Origin: Mayamaea pseudoterrestris
Lineage: Eukaryota
Direction: 5' to 3'
Length of the DNA: 64,000 nt
Assembly: GCA_027923505.1 (NCBI GenBank)
Contig: BROI01000009.1
Coordinates: forward strand, 992,001 to 1,056,000
The position numbers and the translations under genes were made by a program. The notes under the pieces were generated by a model. It searched no databases. It saw nothing but the letters and a program-made list of their open reading frames with translations, and was not told the origin of the DNA. Below are positions 42,093 through 53,988 of the stretch, piece after piece. The stretch's first letter is position 1, and each line of letters opens with the position of its first letter.

Positions 42093-42995
42093 GTGACGCA
42101 TGAAGTCGTTCTGCACGAAGAAGATCCAGCACAGAATCTAGTATTTGTACTCAGCCGAGGAAACTATTTGCCGGGACTCCATGATACGATTTTAGGTATG
42201 AAAATTGGCGAGCAAATCAACGATGTTATGCTCGACGCTGGATGGGGCGAAGTGAATCCGAATTTGATCGCGACGACTTCGTTTGCAGACTCTGGAGTTA
42301 GCAAGGATCAAATTAAGGTAGGTTCGCAGTTGCAGCTTGCCAATGGCATGACTTGCGTCGTGACGGCCGTGACGGACAAGGATTTCACCATTGACGCGAA
42401 TCCGCCCATGGCCGGCGCCGTCTACAAGGCATCAATCAAGCTGCTTGGAGTTGAAGATGGACCAGACGTAAGCAAGTATTCCGAAAAACCAAAGTCTACT
42501 GGTAGTCGCTATCAGGCATTCACTTGCGCGCTCGGCTGCTTTTGGGGAGGTGAGCTCTTTTTCATGCGTCAACCTGGTGTCGTGGGAACGTCCGTCGGAT
42601 ACACGCAAGGAAGCATCAATGACCCGACCTATCAGCAAGTCTGCAGCGGATCAACTGGCCACACGGAGGCCCTTGTTGTTACTTATGATCCTGACATTAT
42701 TTCTTACGACAAGCTCTGTCACCTTGCCATGGATCGGCTCGGCGAAAATAAGTACTTGCTCAACCAGGTCGGCAACGACCGAGGCACCCAATACCGACAC
42801 GGAATATACTATCATACTCCAGAGCAAAAGGAAGTTGCGAAGGCTGTCGTTGCGTCTTTTGGCGAGGATTGCAAGACGGAATGTTTGCCGGCTGACGAGT
42901 TTTACTACGCAGAGGATTATCACCAACAGTACTTGCTCAAGGGCGGACAGAGCGCTCGGAAAAAAGACTCGACAGTCATTCGCTGCTATGGTTAA
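42093..42995 (+). CDS. msrA: FKBP/SlyD-type PPIase domain fused to methionine sulfoxide reductase A; 5' end unclear
   Basis: FVLSRGNYLPGL...IDANPPMAG (SlyD-like); GCFWG, GHTEA, GNDRGTQYR, AEDYHQQYL (MsrA). First in-frame ATG is at 42198. Confidence 0.9.
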   Translation: MTHEVVLHEEDPAQNLVFVLSRGNYLPGLHDTILGMKIGEQINDVMLDAGWGEVNPNLIATTSFADSGVSKDQIKVGSQLQLANGMTCVVTAVTDKDFTIDANPPMAGAVYKASIKLLGVEDGPDVSKYSEKPKSTGSRYQAFTCALGCFWGGELFFMRQPGVVGTSVGYTQGSINDPTYQQVCSGSTGHTEALVVTYDPDIISYDKLCHLAMDRLGENKYLLNQVGNDRGTQYRHGIYYHTPEQKEVAKAVVASFGEDCKTECLPADEFYYAEDYHQQYLLKGGQSARKKDSTVIRCYG

Positions 42996-43426
42996 AGTCT
43001 GTAATCTACTTTACTAGGCTTGCAGGGTATGTAAATTGAGCGTTAGCGCTGTGCTGTGATAGGACCTATTCAAGCGAGTTTTAAGCATTGCCAGGTAGCT
43101 AGGCGTCTCACTGGTTTTAAGAAGACGTTTTGACCGTTGGGGCTTCCATTCCGAGCGCGCCAGAGGCGCTGCCGATCACCATGATGGCAGGCCTACCGAT
43201 ACATTTGCTGCCGTCTAAATTTTCAAGAAGAGGCTTCTACATCATAATTGGCTCCAAATTTTTGACGCAAATCTATCAGCTGAAGCAGAAGACGATAAGA
43301 GTTTCATGGGACAGATACTTGATAAAGCAGCCGACACCATCACAGTTTTGACGCGACGCGACGACACTACACACTACACTACACAGCAATTAACGCCATC
43401 ATCCTAGCAGCCTGCACTGAATCGTC

Positions 43427-46126
43427 ATGGGAATCCAGGGGCTTCTGCAGGGTCTCAAGTTTGTTACGACTCCAGGAAATATTACTGACTATAAGGGACA
43501 AGCCGTCTGCGTCGATGGAAGCTCCTGGCTGCACAAATCGGTCTACAGCATTGCCGAACACTACGTCGAATGTATCGAACAAAAAGGCCTCGACCGACGC
43601 TGCATCAACGTTGCATCTTCCTATATCAAAGCTAGATGCGACGAGCTACTCAATTTTGCGCAGGTCCGTCGGATATACTTTGTCATGGACGGAAAGCGAT
43701 GTCCTCTCAAAGCTGGAACGAATGCCGATCGAGACAATCGTCGCGAGGACAATTTAAAGGAGGCTCGTCGACTGAAGCAGCGTGGAGACAATGACGGAGC
43801 CTATGAAAAGTACAAGGCTTGCATAAAAATTACCGACCGACTCACTAAGGAAGTTGCTGCAAGCTTGGCAAGGGCGTTTCCGGATGGTCGGGTCGAGTTG
43901 GTGCATTCGCCGTACGAGGCGGATCCGCAGCTTGTCAAGCTTTGCATCGATGGACACTGCAGCGCCATCATAACCGAAGACTCGGATGTTCTCGTCTACT
44001 GCGCAGCTGCTCGTCAGATGACTCCCGTATTGTTCAAGCTTGATCGAAAGAATGGACAATGCCAAGTCGTTTCCATGGCTTGGCTGCTCTGCCCAAACAA
44101 CAACCTCTCTCTTCGAGCGCAACCTACTGACCCAAACAAAAAGAAAAGGACCAACGGAATCGAAGCAACACTGGAAGCTTTTGCAGCGCGAGAAGCTCGT
44201 GAACCTGGACTCGGTGTTCGTCTCTTTGTGCAAGCCTGCATACTTTCCGGCTGCGACTATGCCGTAAATGAGCTCGAGGGCGTTGGCCTCGTAAATGCAT
44301 TCAAAGCAATTCGCAGCGCCATTCATCGAAGCGATGATGACCGTTTTCGTCACGCCATGACTCTTTTGCCTTCAAAGGCATGTAAAAGCATTGACAAGAT
44401 TGAGTACGAGGAGCTCTTGGCCAAGAGTGAAGCAGTATTTTATCATCATCCAGTCATGGAATCCACGGGACGAGTCGTCTATCTGGTAGATTCTGCTGAG
44501 CATGGATCTCATTTTCCGGTTTTGGAGCGCTTTGGCGGGGATATTTTATTCATTGGGGATGTACTGCCTTCAAACGAGTTGCTGCAGGATAGCACTAACC
44601 TGCCGCCAGTTTCTGAAATTGTAGTCAAGCACAAGTCAAAGAGCGGCCGCGAGACACGTCGCGCTGCCAAAGTTTCATACGATGAGGGCTTGCGACGCAC
44701 CAAGGAGGTCGCTCCGATGCTGAATCCGTACCTTAACGCGAAGAAGCGAGGACAGGATGGCAGTCAAAAGCAAACTGATGCTGCCGCGCAACTTGCTGGA
44801 AAGCGCAACCCCTTCGCTTCGTTCGTGGTTAAAGGCAAGGAAAACGAGAAATGGGATAACGAGGTAGCGCGGCGTAGTAATCACAAGCTCAAGTTTGTTG
44901 AGTCGGCTGCTAAGGGAATCGGGGTCAAAGCGTTTCTAGACAAATTGCTCCCTCCTCCGCATCAAGAGCAAAAACCATTGCCTCGAGAAAGAGCTACAAT
45001 TCATGAATCACAAAGTGAACGCTCCACCAGGCATCATCAACATGATTACGATCATGAACTGCCGAATAGCGACAAGTATTCGGAAGTGGGAACAAAGCGG
45101 CAACGTTTGTCTGAACCTGCTTGCCAACAGCTCCACGATTACGGGTCACGCCAGCAGCCCATAGATTTGGACAACATGCTCGAGCAAGATGCGCATTCCC
45201 ACCAAGCAGGTTTGTATGAACAAATTAATGCGTTCGAAAAATCATCGTGTGACTCGGAATACATTTCGCAGGAGCCGGCTCATCCATCATTCAGGCGATA
45301 CAACGATGAGCGTCACGGCCAATCCTATCCTGCACACAAGGCTCCTTCTACTTTTTACGATCTATGCGGATCGGAGACTGTCACAGATCAATCGTCGCGG
45401 ACTATGAATCGTCCCTTAAGTCATGCCGATACAACACTCAGCTATCGCTCGTCCGTGCATTCGTCTGTCAGACGTGATGACCTTGACGATGTTTCTGTGG
45501 TGCGACGCCAGGGCATACTGCCACTGCAGCCTAGCGAAGGATTGCTTGACCCTCATGCGCAACATACACAATCGTCGTCGAGCAACGTGCCGCCAATAAA
45601 CGCCGCCGACAACCAAGATCCATTTGATGTCCAGGATCGCTCGTTTTCTTTAAGTCAAGACGTTCCGCTATTCAATCGTCACATCCATGATATGGCGGGG
45701 ACATGCCTTGCGGACACAAATGAGTGCCCTCGTCGGATAACAAACGAGTTTGCAAAGTCCCTGTATCCTCCTCCTCCTCTGGCCATGCCAGCAGCATCAC
45801 CTCGAAAGCAGCGTCCCTCTTTCGCGTATGATGAGTGGTTGGAATCTCCTCAAACCAAGGACCAGATCATGAATGCACGAGAACTCCAAGCCGACGATAT
45901 TCTCAGCTCGCCCGAATCATTCAGTATGCGTCCCAGCAATAGTACGAATCCTGACAGGCCTTTAATCATGGCGACGAATACGATCGGCCCAGCCAAGACT
46001 TTTCGAAATCGCTTTCAGAGCACGAATCCGCAAGGCGCAAGGAAAGGCTTGATTCCCGTCCGAGCCAAGCAACGCAATGGACCGCTGCAAGGGTCGCTGT
46101 CGAGGTATTTCTCTCGACGAAATTGA
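43427..46126 (+). CDS. EXO1: Exonuclease 1 (XPG/Rad2 family)
   Basis: MGIQGLL, VDGSSWLHK, VMDG, SPYEADPQL, IITEDSD, ILSGCDY, then a long disordered C-terminus. Confidence 0.95.
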   Translation: MGIQGLLQGLKFVTTPGNITDYKGQAVCVDGSSWLHKSVYSIAEHYVECIEQKGLDRRCINVASSYIKARCDELLNFAQVRRIYFVMDGKRCPLKAGTNADRDNRREDNLKEARRLKQRGDNDGAYEKYKACIKITDRLTKEVAASLARAFPDGRVELVHSPYEADPQLVKLCIDGHCSAIITEDSDVLVYCAAARQMTPVLFKLDRKNGQCQVVSMAWLLCPNNNLSLRAQPTDPNKKKRTNGIEATLEAFAAREAREPGLGVRLFVQACILSGCDYAVNELEGVGLVNAFKAIRSAIHRSDDDRFRHAMTLLPSKACKSIDKIEYEELLAKSEAVFYHHPVMESTGRVVYLVDSAEHGSHFPVLERFGGDILFIGDVLPSNELLQDSTNLPPVSEIVVKHKSKSGRETRRAAKVSYDEGLRRTKEVAPMLNPYLNAKKRGQDGSQKQTDAAAQLAGKRNPFASFVVKGKENEKWDNEVARRSNHKLKFVESAAKGIGVKAFLDKLLPPPHQEQKPLPRERATIHESQSERSTRHHQHDYDHELPNSDKYSEVGTKRQRLSEPACQQLHDYGSRQQPIDLDNMLEQDAHSHQAGLYEQINAFEKSSCDSEYISQEPAHPSFRRYNDERHGQSYPAHKAPSTFYDLCGSETVTDQSSRTMNRPLSHADTTLSYRSSVHSSVRRDDLDDVSVVRRQGILPLQPSEGLLDPHAQHTQSSSSNVPPINAADNQDPFDVQDRSFSLSQDVPLFNRHIHDMAGTCLADTNECPRRITNEFAKSLYPPPPLAMPAASPRKQRPSFAYDEWLESPQTKDQIMNARELQADDILSSPESFSMRPSNSTNPDRPLIMATNTIGPAKTFRNRFQSTNPQGARKGLIPVRAKQRNGPLQGSLSRYFSRRN

Positions 46127-46285
46127 TCTATTGTGCATACGAGTACAGAAGCGTCATTACATATAGCCATTCGTTAAAGTTAAAAATCTACTGCTGTAGT
46201 TAAAAATTCTACCGTAGAGAAGCGATGTGCCAATGCACCAACTCGGCGAAGACCCCTAATAATCCGGTGCGTTCACGTCAATTAT

Positions 46286-47780
46286 TTACATGGCCGACCG
46301 CCGGCGATTCATTCGTCGACGAGGCGGCCCATTGCGATGCGCCTCATCAATCTTCTTTTGATTCTCGAGAAACTCATGGGCCTCCTCTCCCGACAAAACC
46401 ATCTGATCGACAACCGTGTTAAACGATTGGCAATTGTTGCACTGCACTCCTAAAAAGTGCCAGGCGCGATTCCTCTCCTGTTGCTCACAGTCATTGCAGG
46501 TAATGTTCACTACGCGACAAAGCTCCGGCGGCACTGGCTGTAGCGCAACACCTGCCGCCATGGCACTCCAGGTTGGCAGCATTCTTTCCCGAGTTTCGGC
46601 CGTCTTTTTGCACACGGGGCATCGACTATCATGCGCCGCAAGTTGTCGAAAGCAGTCCCAGTGAATGGCGTGTCCACAGGGCATTTCGTGCGAGGCGCTC
46701 CGAGAACTAAAGAGATACTCCTGACAAACCGGGCAATTGCTTCGATATTTGCCAGCCTTACAGTTATGGTTATCATACAGAGTCTTGTCAATGCACATTC
46801 CGCACTCGTGGCAATGCTGAAAGTTGTGAGCGCCGCCAACCCGGCAGAATCCACAGTCGGCGCAATGATAAGGAGCTTCCTCGTCGGACATCCAAAGGTT
46901 GCAGACATTGCAGTGATAAGCACCGAATGGAGTCCCGCAGCCGACGCATTGGTTGCTGTAGTTTAGTGACAAAGAGAACGACTTACGTGAGGAATGGCTG
47001 TAAAAGTGCATATATTCTCTACGAAACACAAGATACTTACGTCTTACTGGACTGTCTCGTAAAACATTCTCGACAAATGACTTCGCGAATGGCGAATCGG
47101 TCAATCTCATGGTGCGTATCCTCCTGTTGCTGCACTTGATGCATGGTTGTAAAGCTCGACGGCAGCGAGGCTGATCGATGAAAGCGACGTCCTCCATTGT
47201 TGATTTTCGGCGGCAAGTTGGGACAGTCGTCGTGACATATGCGACAGCCAAAGGCCATGCCACAGCATGGACTGATAATAGTGCATTGGCGCTCGTAGTG
47301 CGAGCAGTAGGGCCGCGTTATCTCGGTGCGACGAGTTTGCTCGTTGCAAATGGTGAAGCCGTCGTCCGTCATGTGGTTGTCTCCGTCAAACTGCTCCAAT
47401 CCGTCATCTTCGCCATATCCATAGACATTCGTTGGCGGTGACTCATCTCCGTATCCATATGGATTGCTTCCGTAGCTTCTCGTACTTTCGCCTCCGCTGA
47501 CACTCGACTGTGCGCTCGTGACTCCACTTTGGTAGCTGTGTACACTCGCACCTCCGTTACTCAGCGACGCCCTTCGACCATCCATCAAGTGCTGAATGGA
47601 TAAACGCTTCTCCATGGGTGTCAATTGAACATCGCTCATGATTGCCTTGATACTTGCGCGTCGCTCCCTTTGCTCCGTCTGTGACATTGATCCTCGTCGC
47701 GAAATGGATCCTCTTCGCGTAGGAGGAGCCATCTCCTCGTAGCCCATGTCCATTTCTTCCAAGGCAGCGTCGTCCGGCAT
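46286..47780 (-). CDS. CHY zinc finger / RING-H2 protein (Pirh2/RCHY1-like), join(47041..47780,46286..46955)
   Basis: CSHYERQC..ISPCCG...CRICHD; YHCADCGFCRVGG; RING CPVCQEYLF...CGHAIHWDC...CPVC. The 85-bp GTAAGT...TACAG intron keeps the frame (470 codons). Confidence 0.93.
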
Positions 47781-47992
47781 GATTGCTATCAGGGTGCTGT
47801 ACAAAGGAAAGTTATGTTGTTGAATTGTGTGAAGGTTCTTCCAATCTTCACTCCTATGGCCATAACTTGCCGAAACTCCGAGCGTGATTGTCACGCAGTG
47901 CATAGAGTCATTCTCGGTCATTTTTTCAGTCGCCTTTTAAAACCCGCTTTACCCTGGGCAACGACATCCAGGCTGCCCTACCGGTTTCGCAG

Positions 47993-50900
47993 TCGCAGAA
48001 CTAGGAGACTAGGTACTCGTAAAGATGAATGCATTACACATTCAACATCTGGAAGCAATGCCTGTCAACTGCCAGCTATCAATCGATACCTCTCCAGCTG
48101 TTGGAGTCGGTCATGGCAGCCAGCTACTGGGGACAAGCCTAGGGACTAGGAATTCTGGCAGTCCCTGTCTCAGAACACGGAGACTAGATGGGCTGATAAT
48201 GACTGCATTGCGCTTTCTATATCATGACACAACACCTGTCAACTGCCAGTTATCAATTGATATTACTCTGGCGTTTGCAGTGGGTCGTGGCAGCCAGCTA
48301 CTGGGGACAAGCCTAGGGACAAGAAACTTGGGCAGTCCCTGTTGCAGAACTTGGAAACTAAATGGGCAATTGATGACTGCATTGCACTTTCTATTTCATG
48401 AAACAATGTCTTTCAACTGCCAGCTATCAATTGATACCTCTGTGGCTGTGGGAGTGGATCATAGCAGCCTGCTACTGTGGACAAGCCTAGGTGCATGAAA
48501 TTTGGGCAGGCCCTGTCGCAGAACTTGGAGAGTAGATGGGCCATCAATCACTGCATGGCACTTTCTACATCATGAAACAATGCCTATCAACTGCCATCTA
48601 TTGGTTTACATCTCTCTGGATGTTGGGGTGGGTCATGGCAGCCAGCTACTATGGGCCAGCCTGGGGGCACGAAATTTGGGCAGTCCCTGTCGCAGAACTT
48701 GGAGACTAGATGGGTAATTGATGACTGCATTGCACTTTCTACATCATGAAACAATACCAGCCAACCGCCAGCTACAGTATCAGTTTACATCTCTCTGGCT
48801 GTGGGAATGGGTTTTGTCAGCCTACTATTGTGGACAAGCCAAGGGGCACAAAATTATGGCAGTCCCTGTCACAGAACTTGGCAATTATATGGGCTATCAA
48901 TGACTGCATTGCACTTTCTACATCATGAAACATTGCCTATCAGCTGCCAGCTATCAATTGATCCCTCTCTGGCGTTTGGAGTGGGTCATGGCAGCCAGCT
49001 ACTGGGGACAAGCGTAGGGACAAGAAATTTAAACAGTCCCTGTCGCAGAACTTGGAGACTAGATGAGTAATTGATGACTGCATTGCACATACTATTTCAT
49101 GAAACAATGCCTGTCAACTGCAGGTATCTATTGATACCTCTCTGGCTGTTGGAGTGGGTAATGGCAGCCAGCTACTGGGGACAAGCCTAGGGTCGCGAAA
49201 TTCTGGCAGTCCCTGTCACAGAACATGGAGACTAGATGGGCCATTGATGACTGCACTGCACATTCAACATCTGGAAGCAATGCCTGTCAACTGCCATCTA
49301 TGAGTTTACACCCCTCTGGCTGTGTGAGTGGGTTTTGTCAGCCTGCTACTGTGGACAAGCCAAGGGGCACAAAATTTTGGTAGACCCTGTCACAGAACTT
49401 GGAGCCTAGATCAGCTAGCAATGACTGCATTGCACTTTCTACATCATAAAACAATGCCTGCCAACTGCCAGCTATCAATTGATACCTCTCTGGCTGTGGG
49501 AGTGGGGTATGGCAGCCAGCTACCGGTACTGGGGATAAGCCAGGAACACAAATTCTGGCAGTCCCTGTCACAGAACTTGGAGAGTAGATGGGCCATCAAT
49601 CACTGCATTACACTTTCTACATCATGAAACAATTCCTATCAACTGCCATTTATTGGTTTACATCTCTCTGGATGTTGGAGTGGGTCATAGCAGGCAACTA
49701 CTATTAGCAAGCCTGGGGGCACGAAATTGGGGAAGTCCCTGTCGCAGAACTTGGAGACTGGATGGGCAATTGATGACTGCATTGCACTTTCTACATCATG
49801 AAACAATGCCTGTCAACTGCCAGCTATCAACTGATACCTCTCTGGCTGTTAAAATGGGTTATGGCAGCCAGCTACTGTGGACAAGCCTGGGGGCACAAAA
49901 TTTGGGCAGTCCCTGTCGCAGAACATGGAGACGAGATGGGTAATTGATGACTGCATTGCGCTTTCTATATCATGACACAACACCTGTCAACTGCCAGCTA
50001 TCAATTGATATTACTCTGGCGTTTGCAGTGGGTCATGGCAGCCAGCTACGGGGACAAGCCTAGGGCCAAGAAATTTGGGCAATCCCTGTCGCAGAACTTG
50101 GAAACTGAATGGGCAATTTATGACTGCATTGCACTTTCTATTTCATGAAACAATGTCTATCAACTGCCAGCTATCAATTGTTACCTCTCTGGCTGTGGGA
50201 GTGGATCATGACAGCCTGCTACTGTGGACATGCCTAGGTGCACGAAATTTCGTAGAACATGGAGACTAGATGGGTAATTGATGACTGCATTGCGCTTTCT
50301 ATATCATGACACAACACCTATCAACTGCCAGCTATCAATTGATATTACTCTGGCGTTTGCAGTGGGTCGTGGCAGCCAGCTACGGGGGACAAGCCTAGGG
50401 ACAAGAAATTTGGGCAGTCCCTGTCACAGAACTTGGAGACTGGATGGGCAATTTATGACTGCATTGCACTTTCTACATCATGAAACAATGCCTGTCAACT
50501 GCCAGCTATCAACTGATACCTCTCTGGCTGTTAAAATGGGTTATGGCAGCCAGCTACTGTGGACAAGCCTGGGGGCACAAAATTTGGGCAGTCCCTGTTG
50601 CAGAACATGGAGACGAGATGGGTAATTGATGACTGCATTGCGCTTTCTTTATCATGACACAACACCTGTCAACTGCCAGCTATCAATTGATATTACTCTG
50701 GCGTTTGCAGTGGGTCATGGCAGCCAGCTACGGGGACAAGCCTAGGGCCAAGAAATTTGGGCAGTCCCTGTCGCAGAACTTGGAAACTGAATGGGCAATT
50801 TATGACTGCATTGCACTTTCTATTTCATGAAACAATGTCTATCAACTGCCAGCTATCAATTGATACCTCTCTGGCTGTGGGAATGGATCATGACAGCCTG

Positions 50901-53830
50901 CTACTGTGGACAAGCCTAGGTGCACGAAATCTCGCAGAACATGGAGACTAGATGGGTAATTGATGGCTGCATTGCGCTTTCTATATCATGACACAACACC
51001 TGTCAACTGCCAGCTATCAATTGATATTACTCTGGCATTTGCAGTGGGTCGTGGCAGCCAGCTACGGGGGACAAGCCTAGGGACAAGAAATTTGGGCAGT
51101 CCCTGTCACAGAACTTGGAGACTGGATGGGCAATTGATGACTGCATTGCACTTTCTACATCATGAAACAATTCCTATCAACTGCAATTTATTGGTTTACA
51201 TCTCTCTGGATGTTGGAGTGGGTCATAGCAGGCAGCTACTATGAGCAAGCCTGGGGGCACGAAATTTGGGCAGTCCCTGTCGCAGAACTTGGAGACTGGA
51301 TGGGCAATTGATGACTGCATTGCACTTTCTACACCAAGAAACAATGCCTGTCAACTGCCAGCTATCAACTGATACCTCTCTGGCTGTTAAAATGGGTTAT
51401 GGCAGCCAGCTACTGTGGACAAGCCTGGGGGCACAAAATTTGGGCAGTCCCTGTCGCAGAACATGGAGACGAGATGGGTAATTGATGACTGCATTGCGCT
51501 TTCTATATCATGACACAACACCTGTGAACTGCCAGCTATCAATTGATATTACTCTGGCGTTTGCAGTGGGTCATGGCAGCCAGCTACTGGGGACAAGCCT
51601 AGGGACAAGAAATTCTGGCAGTCCCTGTCGCAGAACATGGAGACTAGATGGGCTAGCAATGACTGCATGGCACTTTCTACATCATGAAACAATGCCTATC
51701 AACTGCCATCTATTGGTTTACATCTCTCTGGATTTTGGAGTGGGTCATGGCAGCCAGCTACTATGGGCCAGCCTTGGGGCACGAAATTCTGGCAGTCCCT
51801 GTCACAGAACTTGGAGGCTAGATGGGCAATTGATGACTGCATTGCACATTCAACATCTGAAAGCAATGCCTGTCAACTGCCAGCTATCAATTGATATCTC
51901 TCTGACGTTTGGAGTGGGTACCGGCAGCCAGCTACTGGGGAAAAGCCTAGGGACACGAAATTCTGGCAGTCCCTGTCGCAGAACTTGGAGACTAGATGGG
52001 CAATTGATGACTGCATGGCACTTTCTACATCATGAAACAATGCCTATCAACTGCCAGCTATCAATTGATCCCTCTCTGGCATTTGGAGTGTGTCATGGCA
52101 GCCAGCTACTGGGGACAAGCCTAGGGGCACAAAATTCTGGCAGTCCCTGTCGCAGAACTTGGAAACTGAATGGGCAATTTATGACGATACCTCTCTGGCA
52201 TTTGGAGTGGGCCGTGGCAGCCAGCTACTGGGGACAAGCCTAAGGGCAAGAAATTTGGGCAGTCCCTGTCGCAGAACATGGAGACTAGATGGCCTAGCAA
52301 TGACTGCATTGCACTTTCTATTTCATGAAACAATGCCTGTCAACTGCCAGCTATCAACTGGTACCTCTCTGGCTGTTACAATGGGTTATGGAAGCCAGCT
52401 ACAGTGGACAAGCCTGGGGGCACAAAATTCTGGCAGTCCCTGTCGCAGAACTTGGAGACTAGATGGGTAATTGATGATTGCATTGCACTCTCTGCATAAT
52501 GAGACAGTGCCTATCAACTGCCATCTATCGGTTTACATCTCTCTGGATGTTGGAGTGGGTCATGGCAGCCAGCTACTATGGGCAAGCCTAGGGGCAAGAA
52601 ATTCTGGCAGTCCCTGTCGCAGAACTTGGAGACTAGATGGGTAATTGATGACTGCATTGCACTTTCTACATCATGAAACAATACCAGCCGCCTGTCAGCT
52701 ATCATTTTACTTCTCTGGCTGTTGGAGTGGGTTATGGCAGCCAGCTACTGGGGACAAGCCTAGGGACCAGGAATTCTGGCAGTTCCTGTCGCAGAACATG
52801 GAGCAATGACTGCATTGCGCTTTCTACATCATGAAACAATGCCTGTCAACTGCCAGCTATCAATTGATACCACTCTGGCGTTTGGAGTGGGTTGTTGCAG
52901 CCAGCTACTGGGGACAAGCTTTGGGAAACAAAATTCTGGCAGTCCCTGTCACAGAACATGGAGAGTAGATGGGCTATCAATGACTGCATTGCACTTTCTA
53001 CATCATGAGACAGTGCCTATCAACTGCCATTTATCAGTTTACATCACTCTGGATGTTGGAGTGGGTCATGGCAGCCAGCTACTATTGCAAGCCTAGGGGC
53101 AAGAAATTTGGGCAGTCCCTGTTGTAGAATATGGAGACTAGATGGGCAATCGATGACTGCATTGCACTTTCTACATCATGAAACAATGCTTATCAACTGC
53201 CATTTATTGGTTTACATCTCTCTGGCGTTTGGAGTGGTTCATGGCAGCCAGCTACTGAGGACAAGCCTAGGGGCAAGAAATTTGGGCAGTCCGTGTCGCA
53301 GAGCATGGAGACTAGACGGGCTAGCAATGACTGCATTGCACTTTCTTTTTCATTAAACAATGCCTGTCAACTGCCAGCTATCATTTGATATCACTCTGGC
53401 ATTTGGAGTGGGTCGTGGCAGCCAGCTACTGGGGACAAGCCTAGGGACACATAATTCTGATAGTCCCTGTCACAGAACATGGAGACTAGATAGGCTATCA
53501 ATGACTGCATTGCACTTTCTACATCATGAAACAACACCTATCAACTGCCAGCTTTCAATTGATCCCTCTCTGGCTGTGGGAGTGGATCATAGCAGGCAGC
53601 TACTGTGGACAAGCTTAGGGACACAAAATTCTGACAGTCCCTGTCACAGAACATAGAGACTAGATGGGCTATCAATGACTGCATTGCACTATCTACATCA
53701 TGAAACAATGCTTGTCGACTGCCAGCTATCAATAATTGATCCCTCTCTGGCATTTGGAGTGGGCCGTGGCAGCCAGCTACTGGGGACAAGCCTAGGGGCA
53801 CGAAATTCTGGCGGTCCCCGTCGCAGAACA
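47993..53830. repeat. Satellite array 2, ~34 units of mostly 174 bp (~5.8 kb), with higher-order structure
   Basis: cagtccctgt anchors at 48159, 48333, 48507, 48681 ... 51271, 51445, 51619, 51793, 51967, 52141 ... 53461, 53635 and about 53812. Confidence 0.97.
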
Positions 53831-53988
53831 GAGATATTGGTGCACTGCTTGCACTTTGATGAGCCAATGCAGCTGCGAAGTCCGTGCATCTGTTTCCAAG
53901 GATTCTGTAGGCAATGTCACAATTTCCTATTTGCAGAGCCTACCAGTACTCGTTGTGCCACACTTTAGTAACTAAAAATGACCCGGCT

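Noticed and set aside
46956..47040. Possible 11-nt micro-exon (internal CAG and second GTAAGT) in the CHY/RING intron
   Set aside because: It would need 43- and 31-nt introns and would shift the frame. The single 85-nt intron keeps the frame.
48025..53968. Many ORFs with a 58-aa repeat (MTALHFLHHETMPVNCQLS...)
   Set aside because: A by-product of the 174-bp period. Stops and frameshifts are scattered and no domain is recognisable. Ancient coding origin is not fully excluded; a codon-position substitution test would decide.
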